Below are positions 55,085-64,000 of a stretch of 64,000 nt of DNA, in pieces. The notes under the pieces are model-generated. The model ran no database searches. It was not told where the DNA came from and saw nothing but the letters and a program-made list of their open reading frames with translations. The translations under genes and the position numbers were made by a program. Numbering within the stretch: the stretch's first letter is position 1; the number at the start of each line of letters is the position of its first letter. Source of the stretch: the human T2T-CHM13v2.0 reference genome, Homo sapiens. The stretch lies in NCBI RefSeq assembly GCF_009914755.1, contig NC_060925.1. The stretch is one strand, 5' to 3'.

Positions 55085-56609
55085 AGATTCTGGAGCCATA
55101 CGACCTGTGTGAATCCAGTCTAGCTGTTAGCCTTAAGCAAATTGTTCAACCTCTTTTGGCCTTAGTTTTCTTCATCTATAAAATGGAGAGAACAACTGAA
55201 CCTACCTTATAGGGATAGTAAGTGCTCAGATAGAATTATTATTATTTTTTCACTTTGTATGACTTAAGATACTTTTTCTTATTCTGCCTAATATTAGTTT
55301 TTTAAATAGAATCATACTTACAATAATTCATATCTTATTTTTGGCTCTCCTTTTTCTCCTACCACCTCCCAACTGTAAGTTCCTTATGGGAACAAACATT
55401 TTATTCACTTTGATAATTCCCTCACACAATGGACCTTCAAATAGTTCTTGAAATGGATAAAATCAGGAGTAATTATTTCTTCCCCTCGGTCTCAAAAGGA
55501 AGACCTAAAAAGACTAGGAAATCTAGTGATTTGGCAAAATCACATCAGGTAAGGTAGAGTCATAGAGACAACCTAACTCTCCCAACTGGATCCAATAACC
55601 TGTTAGCACCAGGAGCCAAACATGCTTAATTACCCTGCTAAATAGGTAGCCATGACAGGAAATGGCAATTAGCCTCAAAAGTTAGGCAGACCATTCTCAA
55701 AAAAGAATTCTACATCTCTTGGCCCAAATGCCAGCATGCTTTGTTTGTATCAAATGCCCCTGTGTGGGTCCTCCCTCCACTCCAAGGGTTTAACCCTTGA
55801 TTCAGCTGTGCAAACAGAGGTGGCACAGTGCTGTTTATGTTCATTGTGGGGAATGCTACCAGACTGTCCCACTATGACAGGACAACTACTTCTCTCCCAC
55901 CCAAGGAAAATTGGGACTAGCAGTCACAGAAATTAAATGACGAATGAAGAAAGACCAACATTTAATCTTCAAAGTAATTATGAGACTAAAGAAGTTGCTG
56001 GGTAAGGCAGGGCAGGGAGTGCATTCAAATACCGGGGAGATTTGCATTTAACATTAAGAGTGGCTATTCAGACTAAAGTTTTATTCTCTGGCAGTTTTCA
56101 AGAGTTTCATGTTTTGTTTTGTTTTTCTTACTACAACAAGAAAGGCATGGATTTCTTGATTTCTCTTCTCACCTACATAGAATCATCAGCCTAGAAAACC
56201 CTTTCCCTAAAGGTCCAGAATTAGGCTGGGAAACAAATGAAGGCTCTTAAGAAAGTTAGTAAAGATTACATGCCATACAGGAAGTGTTGACCAGGAATAC
56301 TTACCACACCACCTATTCAATCAATAAACACAAGCACATATTAGGAAGTAGAGAAACAGAAACAAAAGATGTCCTGTGGCAACTGCCCCCCAGACTAGTG
56401 TAGGCTGTGGCTGCAGTCTGGTTAAATTCAACTGATGCTTATTGTTATAAGGGGGGTGGTAAAAGGGGAGTGTGTCTTCCAGTTAATTTCACATTTTGGT
56501 TTCTCAGTTCTGGAGTAAACTAGTTTTATATTAAATTAAATCTGGCACACATCCCCCCCTAAAAAAGGAAAAGATGGGGAAAGCTCATATACTAAAAAAA
56601 ATAACAAGA

Positions 56610-57735
56610 AAAAGAGTCACAGGTGGGGAGAAAATGTTTGCAAAAAAATATATATGATAAAAGGCTGTTAACCAAGATATAGAAAGAACTCTTAAAACCC
56701 AATTAAAAATGGGCAAAAGATCTGAACAGACACCTCACCAAAGAAAATATGCAGATGGCAAATAGGCACATGAAAAGATTTTTAACACTGATACGGTTTG
56801 GCTGCGTCCCCACCCAAATCTCATCTTGAATTGTAGTTCCCGTAATCCCCTCGTGTCATGGAAGGGACCAGATGGGAGGTAATTGAATCATGGGGGCAGT
56901 TACCCTCAGGCTGTTCTCATGATAGTGAGAGTTCTCAGAAGATCTGATGGTTTTATAAGGAGCTTTTCCCCCTTTGCTCGGCACTTCTCTCTTCTGCTGC
57001 CATGTGAAGAAGGACATGTTTGCTTCACCTTCTGCCATGATTGTAAGTTTCCCAAGGCCTCCCCAGCCATGCAGAACTGTGAGTCAATTAAACCTCTTTT
57101 CCTTATAAATTACCTGTTTTGGGTATTTCTTCATAGCAGCATGAGAATGAACTAATACAAACATCAATGTCATTTGAGAATTTCAAGTTAAAACAAGATG
57201 CCACTACTCGCTCATTAGAATGGCCAAAATCCAAAACACGACAACATCAAATTAGCTATCAAGGCGTGAAAAAACATGGAGAAACCTTAAAACGTATACT
57301 ACTAAATGATAGAAGCCAATATGAAAAGGTCACATACTGTATGATTCCAACCATATGACAATCTGTAAAAGGCAAACTATGGAGACAGTAAAAAGATCAG
57401 TGGTTGCCAGAAGTTAGGGGAAGGGAAGGATAAATAAGTGCAGCACAGAAGATGTCTAGGACAGTGAAACTATTCTGCACTATACTATAATGGTAGATAC
57501 CCGTCATTATACATTCGTCAAAACCATAGAATGTACACCAAGAGTGAATCCTAAAGTAAATTATTGATTTTGGGTGATAATGATGTATCAATATAGGTTC
57601 ATAAGTTGTACCAAATGTATCACTCTGGAGCAGGATGCTGAGAGGGGGGGAGGCTGTACATGTGTGAGGGCCGGAGGCAGACAGGAACTCTACTTTCTCA
57701 ATTTTGCTGTGAACCTAAAACTGCTCTAAAATATT
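56610..57735 (+). mobile_element. L1MC-like 3' fragment interrupted by a THE1 LTR
   Basis: AAAATGGGCAAAAGATCTGAACAGACACCTCACCAAAG before the LTR and AAAGGCAAACTATGGAGACAGTAAAAAGATCAG ... TGTGAACCTAAAACTGCTCT after it. Confidence 0.85.
56789..57159 (+). mobile_element. THE1 (MaLR) solo LTR, THE1C/D-like
   Basis: TGATACGGTTTGGCTGCGTCCCCACCCAAATCTCATCTTGAATTGTAG...GAACTAATACA, 371 bp; near-TSD AACAC/AACAT. Confidence 0.93.
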
Positions 57736-60700
57736 TTTGAAATTTTATATATATATGTACATAATGTACATATATGTAAGCTATCTTCCCCAGCTTATAT
57801 AATTTATAAGCATACAACCTTACCCACACCTCATTGTAAAAAATTGTCTGTGCCATCATTTTAGGAACAAATTAAAATGAAATAAAAAAACACATTCATT
57901 CAACAAATATTTATCAAACACTTACCATGCACTACCCATTATTCTAGATTCTCTGTTGTAAAGATTACATTCTAATGAAATTTCTATTCTACCTTCTATT
58001 TCTAAATACCTTCTAAACCACCTCTACTTTCTAAACCACCTTCTATTATCAGAAATCATTGTCAATACCTGCCTGAAGATTTTCAAAACTAGCAAAACAA
58101 AAATAAAGTGATTCTTTGAAATTCACAAAGGCTTCCAGGTATGGGGGACAAAAAATTTCAACAACTGGAAAAGTCTTCCTATAGTGCCCTGCTAAACTTC
58201 ATCAAGCATCAAAGATGTGCTAAGCACATGAAATAGCTCTGAGATGATGAGCCAAAGCAAAACATTTCTTAGCAAATAAAACCCAGAAAGTTTATTCCTG
58301 TTTTATAATTATGGTAAGATCCTGATAAACTTCTCAGAAGACCATGTATATCTGAAGTAACTCTCTGAATAAAAAGTAGGCCCTTTCCTTTTAACTACCC
58401 ATAGCAAATTTAGCCTCCACAGGAAGGAGAAATCTGAAGTATCGCATGTGACCCTCTCACACACCTGCTGGAACACTGTTGCTGGCCTATGGATGCACAG
58501 AACATGACTTGCTGAATAGATTCAGTGATCCCAAGAACTCTCCTATTCTCCTTTAACATGACTAATGTGCTTCTAACAACCCATAGCACACTGTGTTTAT
58601 ACCAGGGCTTTCAAAGTTCTCTGCACCCTTGAGGTCAGAGAAAAAGAAGGTTTAGTCAACCTAAGGAAATGTGTTCAATCTAGTGATAGGTGAAACTCTC
58701 TTCCACCCAAAGACGAGAAGCTACTGATCTTTTAACCATCCCTTATCAATACATGATGTAATGAATGCCAAATCTATACCCCACACAAATCTTGCTGCTC
58801 TGATGAAAACAGAATGAATTATCTTCCTTCCTCTCCCCAGCCTTCTTCTCCCCCAATAAGTGCAGCCAGTGAAACCCCTCTGATTTTCTCAGATGTGCAT
58901 GACATCTGAGAGATTTGGCATGACAGCAAAGGGAAAGGTACTAAACAATGCCCCACCCCACTACCCGAAATTATTAAACACTATAATCATTCAGTGCCAG
59001 TGTTAGTTAAGCTCAGAAAACTCAGCTTACAGTGGTCTGCTCTGGCATATTTCCAGAAGGTACTTTCCTCTTTTGGAAGTTACATGAAAAGGGTGAAAAT
59101 TAACTAAGAAAATAATTATCCTCTCTTTCTATCCCTCTTCTACAATATAAGCAAACTATCAACATGCAAATAATATTTCGTGCCTCCATTTCTGCATTTT
59201 AGTCATTACCAATTCATCATTAACTCAGTTTCTGAAAGTCTACCATATGCCAGGTTGTGTTCTGGACATAAAGTCCCTGTCACGTGTGGGAACCCACTCA
59301 AGTCTACTTTCATTAAGAAAACATTGAACTGCAGAATTTCAAACAATGCAAGAGATTAGGGGAGAGGCTGAGGGTGGCCTGGTGTAGTTGAAAAAGGCTA
59401 CCCAAAAGAAGTGAGACTTGGCCTGGCAAGAGGAATTCAGACAGACTGGGAGAAAAAAGAAAAGAATTCCAAACACACACAGTTCTTTACCCAAAGGTCT
59501 TATTAGGGGTTCTGAACCTGGCCTTTCCAACTGATGGTCATTAGAGTTTAAGGACATAAAAATAACAGATCTATGAAGAAAACAGTACTTCTCAGAATAA
59601 GATCCATGAGGATGCTTTTAGAAGCACAACATTACTGGTAGGAAATCTGGGAAGTGGAGGACTTCAGGAGAAGAAGGAATAAAGAACTGTCAGTTTTCTC
59701 CCATGGAAAGCAAATTCTGAACAGGCTTGACAGTCAGCAGACGTAAATTCCAGTCTACACTCAGTTCAGAATCTGGGACTCCAGGCAAGCTTCTTAGCTT
59801 CTCTCCAAGCCCTAGTTTCCTCATTTTTAGAATGGAGATAACAATATGTAAGTCATCAGATTAAATAAGTCATCAGATTAGACATGTAAATCACCTAGTT
59901 TAGTAGCTGATATACAGATGTTCAATAAGTGGCGACTATTATTGTAATCACATAAAAAGAAGCATGAAAAATTGCCCAGTTCGAGATAAGTGAGGGACTA
60001 CTAAATTGTAGTGTCTTTGGGGAAAATTTGAAAGTCTGATTTGTTTTCTATTTCTATATGCTACATTTTAATCCTCATAGATTGCTTGGGCTATAAAAAT
60101 AAAAATGGCATGGTAAATGTCTGGCTATAGCAGGACAGTCTTCGTAGTGCTGCTTTTCCAATGAGCACTTTGCACCTTCATAATTGAATGGAAACAGTTA
60201 CCTTCTTCAGTCTAGGACAATGACAAAAATTGTTGATTATTTGCTTGGGATTAATCCACTCCATATTCTGCCTGAGAGTTTAAAATGTAGGCTGGCAAAT
60301 AACTTATTCAACAAACTTTTTGTGAATGTCCTTGTACTAGACACTGTGATAGGTACTTTTAGGGTCTCTTAACCCAGGAGCAAAAGGAAAAGCCTCAGTC
60401 TGACATGTCCTAGGTGCTTTATTTTCACAATTGCAATGAATCATCACAGGTCTATGAGAAAGGCTCCATCCCATTTTCTAAAGAAAAGGCAAGATAATTA
60501 AGATTTTTTTTATCCTTTCACTCCTTCTTTGATTTATTCATGTTTTCAAATCAAACATCCTTTGGGCACTTGTTAGATATTAACACCTAAAGCAGGTGTC
60601 ATTGAAATAATACAAATTACCAAGGGGTAAGATTAATTTTGACTGTAAAGTTTGGGAAGAGTTCTGTAAGGGAGCTAATCAGCTGGGCCAGGATATGTAC

Positions 60701-61526
60701 AAAAATAATTAGGGACAGGTACAGGGATGTCCAGCAAGCATGGGGTTCAACCGGACAGTCACGGAGGTAGAAGAATGTCTGTTGCATCTTCAAGGACTGG
60801 GGAGCTATTTGCTCGAAGGATGGGTAGGTAAATTGGGGTGGCACAGGTCCAGTAAAGGAGAGGGGTAGGTAGGCACTGAATTGTGAAGAATTTTAAATCC
60901 CAAAGTAAGGAGTTACTTTTGTTGATTATATTAACTCTACATAGTGTGTGGTACTGAGAAACCTGTTAAGGGGCAGGTGAAAGAAAAGAAAAAAGAAGTA
61001 GAATCTTAGATACAAAGAAAAGCCCATATGGTACTGACATAGGTTCAAGCTCCAGACCTCTTACTGACACTGTAGCTATTTTTTTCTTTCTACATAAGCA
61101 GACAAGCTCCTTCTTGCCTTAGTTTATCATCCTTACAACCAACCTTTACCCTTTCTCCTTCCCTTCACAGGACACTAGTAATTAGGCAAAAAATGTAGAT
61201 TCTGAGGAAATTCAAAGAGTTTTGGTGGGGGAGGGAGAGGAAATGTGATGCAACTCCATGAGCCTTAGTCATGCTGCTGATGTGAGGTCACTATTTACCA
61301 CTTCAATCCAGCCGCATCAATCCAGCCGGTTCTTCTGTCTGACTAGCATCCATTTACCCCTCTATCCCAGTAGTTCTGAAAAGCCATCTATGTGTTCCTT
61401 TGTGTAATGTAAAGGGCAGCCTGACTTCATATTTATGATCTTGTTCAATAGGATGCCATCTTATTCTCTGTTGGGCATGGCTGAACTTTTGACATCAACT
61501 TTCCCTTAACAACAACCCCCACTTCC

Positions 61527-61528
<2 letters not shown>

Positions 61529-61571
<43 letters not shown>
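61529..61571. repeat. (CA)~21 microsatellite
   Basis: Visible directly in the sequence. Confidence 0.95.
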
Positions 61572-61573
<2 letters not shown>

Positions 61574-62897
61574 CCAATATGTTCTAACTAGAAATCATCT
61601 AAATTCACAGAGCCTCTTCCCTTCACTTCATTATCCTCATGGCCTCATCCTAAACAACTCGGTTTTTTTTCTCGATTCCATTCTTTATCTCAGTTCAAAT
61701 GCCTCATCTCTCCCAAAGAAGCTAAGGAAGAAATGTTTTGTTTCACCTCGAAAGCCATTTATATCAGGCTCAGGGCTCTCTCCATGTCCTACAGCATCAT
61801 TCTTTCGACCATGAGCCTTGCATACTCCTGCCTGGCCATATAAGTGGCATTCTTAAAGGTTCATTTGGTTCCTCAAACGTATTCCACATTAAATAATATC
61901 CACATGTTGGCTTGTTGAGAGAAGAAGGTAAACAGTTGGGGGCATCAACAAAAAATCAGGTGAGGGGAGAAAGGAGAGATAGTGAGTGTGGCCCCTTAGG
62001 CATGCTGAGTTCAGTTACAACAGTCACACTTGGACTGTATTCAAAGTTGCCCACTCATCCACCACAGCTACTCAAAGACATTTAACTCGCTAGCCATTAT
62101 CCAACCGCATTTACCAGACGCTCAGTCTTGAGGGAGGAGGGTAACGCAGTAGGGGATGCGGAGTATTGGTGTCATCCTACAGGTTAAGGACAAACATGCC
62201 CACTACAAGGACAGGGATACATCACCAACTTCAATTCAGCCCAGGGTTCATGTAGTAAGGGGTGGGTGATTCACTCCTGTGGGGGAGGCAGGGCGGGGGC
62301 GGTTGGGGGAGGCGGTTAGGAAAAAGGAAAATCGTGGAAAGTCCCAGAGGAAGTGGTAGTCAGTTCCCGATGCATGGCCATAATGTACATTGGCCATAAG
62401 GTACACTCAGCGCCTCTGTGTCGCTGCTCCCCCTCAACCTTTTACTCACCCACTCCTCCCAACACGCGCCTCACCCGTGCCTCCATGCACAATCCTGAGC
62501 CTCGGCATCCCCGCGAGGTGCAGGTTCCAGCTTTGCCCACCACCCCACCACCTACCTACATGGACACGTGTGGTTGGAATGCCTCCCGGGGCTAGACGGC
62601 CACCCCTCTTGGGCTGCGAGCTGCTGCCCATCTCTCCACCCACCCGTCCTTATTGTGTCATTTGCCCGGTCTGATGGCAGCCCCAAAGCCGCTCATTTGA
62701 GTGGGCTAGAATGGAGAAGAGAGGAAAAGGGAGGCACACATTTCATTCACTAGGACCCAAGATGACCTGCCGCCTCTCTCCTGCCCTTCTCGGAGCCCCC
62801 CACCCTCCCTTAGCCCCAGTGGGGCTGGAGGCACGAACAGACAAGGCAAGGGGAGCGCAGTCCGTCAAGGTCCACAGCTGCACACAAAGCCCTTCAC

Positions 62898-63409
62898 CTT
62901 CTCCTTGCCTTCCAAGCTCCTCCCTGGGCTTGGTTTCTCCGAGGGTCTCTGATGCCCCCTTCGGTGGTCGGCGGGACGGTCCTATTCCCTCTTGCATCGC
63001 TGTCTCCTCCCTCAAGTCTCAGCCTCCTCCTCCCCGCCCCTCGCCACATACCCCTGAGGGAGCTCAGTCCTGGCTTTGGGGGCGCGAGAGCACCCCATAA
63101 GCCCGGGGCCCTGCGCCCCAGGGGAGCGGACAACGGTCCACTTTACGAGGCACAACTTCGCCCAGCCGTTCCGCCACCGCACTCGAACACACACCCCATC
63201 CCCGCAGCGGTCGGGTCTGGTCCCGATCAGCCCCATCCCCGGGAGGCGGTTGAGCCCAGCCACAGCCACGCTCCTACCTGCGAGGCGGCTGGCGCGGCGA
63301 GGAGCTAGGGCACCGAGCGCCCCGGCCCGAGCCCCGCACCGCAGCGCGTCTGCCCTTGTGCGGCGGCGGCGGCTGCAGCGGCCGCTGGGTGGCCCGCTGG
63401 CTGGCTGGT

Positions 63410-63442
<33 letters not shown>

Positions 63443-63470
63443 CGCTGGCTGGCTGCCCGGCTGACTCCTC
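62898..63470 (-). other. ZNF697: ZNF697 non-coding exon 1
   Basis: Lies in the CpG island; donor AAG|GTGAAG at 62898/62897, with an alternative donor CAG|GTAGGA at 63278/63277. TSS approximate. Confidence 0.6.
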
Positions 63471-63850
63471 ACTGGGGCTTCCTGTAGGGCTGGACAAAGG
63501 ACATTTCCTGGGAGGAGCGGGAGAATGTTCCCAGCATGCCTCGATTTGTAGTTCCCGGGGACTTCCTGCCACCGCAGCAGCGGGCGCCCTGGAGGTAGCT
63601 CGGGCCAGGCTAGGACTCCGGGACAGGAGGAAAGGCGCTCGCTGCTTCTCTAAGCGCTGTGGGGAAGGGAGCGGCCGGCGGGTCTTGCCCCACGCCCCGC
63701 CCCGCGGCGCTCAAGGAGCCCGCTGTCCCGGAGCACGCGAGATCCCAGCGCTGCACTCCGAGCTCGCGGCACCGGTTGCGGGCAGCCGGTGGGACGCTGC
63801 CGCTGAGCTGTCCCATGGTTCGGGAGGGCTCTGCGGTGGGAGAGGCCTTT
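62900..63850. promoter_or_regulatory. ZNF697: ZNF697 promoter CpG island
   Basis: Dense CpG and GC boxes at the 5' end of the - strand gene. Confidence 0.9.
63396..63455. repeat. (GCTG)~15 tetranucleotide repeat with two interruptions
   Basis: GCTGGCTGGCTGGTTGGCTG...GCTCGCTGGCTGGCTG. Confidence 0.95.
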
Positions 63851-64000
63851 TCTTTAAAAACTGGGAAGTTTGTGGTGGGTTCGCTTTTTAAAAATTAATC
63901 TAAAAACACAAAATCTATCTTTTAAAATAGATTTTCTTTTTGTCTTTTACGCCGTTGACATCCTGCTGGGGGCCGATTAAAGAACTTGATTGCTCACCAG

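Noticed and set aside
59849-61328. Short tandem duplications (TAAGTCATCAGATTA x2 at 59849-59880; TCAATCCAGCCG x2 at ~61303-61328)
   Set aside because: Ordinary slippage duplications, the first inside a MIR; no array or spacer structure.
62711-63898. Overlapping 100-270 aa ORFs in the promoter island (and similar ones at 46670-47210)
   Set aside because: Stop-codon depletion in GC-rich DNA; low-complexity Arg/Pro/Ala content, and the LAGW or PASQ repeats come from the tetranucleotide STR.

Overview
Human (or very closely related ape) genomic DNA that I recognise as the distal end of the 1p12 HSD3B cluster. Positions 1-34.4 kb hold one ~31-kb unit of the HSD3B tandem array: a GAPDH processed pseudogene (- strand, 11.16-12.45 kb) and an unprocessed 4-exon 3-beta-HSD pseudogene (+ strand, 16.28-25.19 kb; HSD3BP5 by position). 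The unit is bracketed by two copies of a >=3.4-kb duplicated block (1-3434 and 30920-34430). Positions 34.5-63.5 kb hold the complete ZNF697 gene on the - strand: a non-coding exon 1 in a CpG island, coding exons 41303-41078 and 39319-37908 giving 545 aa with 11 C2H2 fingers and no KRAB, and a ~3.3-kb 3'UTR. The remainder is Alu, MIR, L1, L2, LTR and microsatellite sequence. I see no new multi-gene system. The most notable observations are: (1) a 27-nt intron-3 segment copied in frame into pseudo-exon 4 of the HSD3B pseudogene; (2) a sharply bounded, highly divergent ~400-bp island inside otherwise near-identical duplicate blocks that still keeps a perfect NR5A (SF-1/LRH-1) site in both copies; (3) hidden repeat architecture in ZNF697 (four Met-initiated 18-19 aa units and zinc-finger triplets). 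Locus names and repeat subfamilies come from recall and identities are by-eye estimates, not computed.
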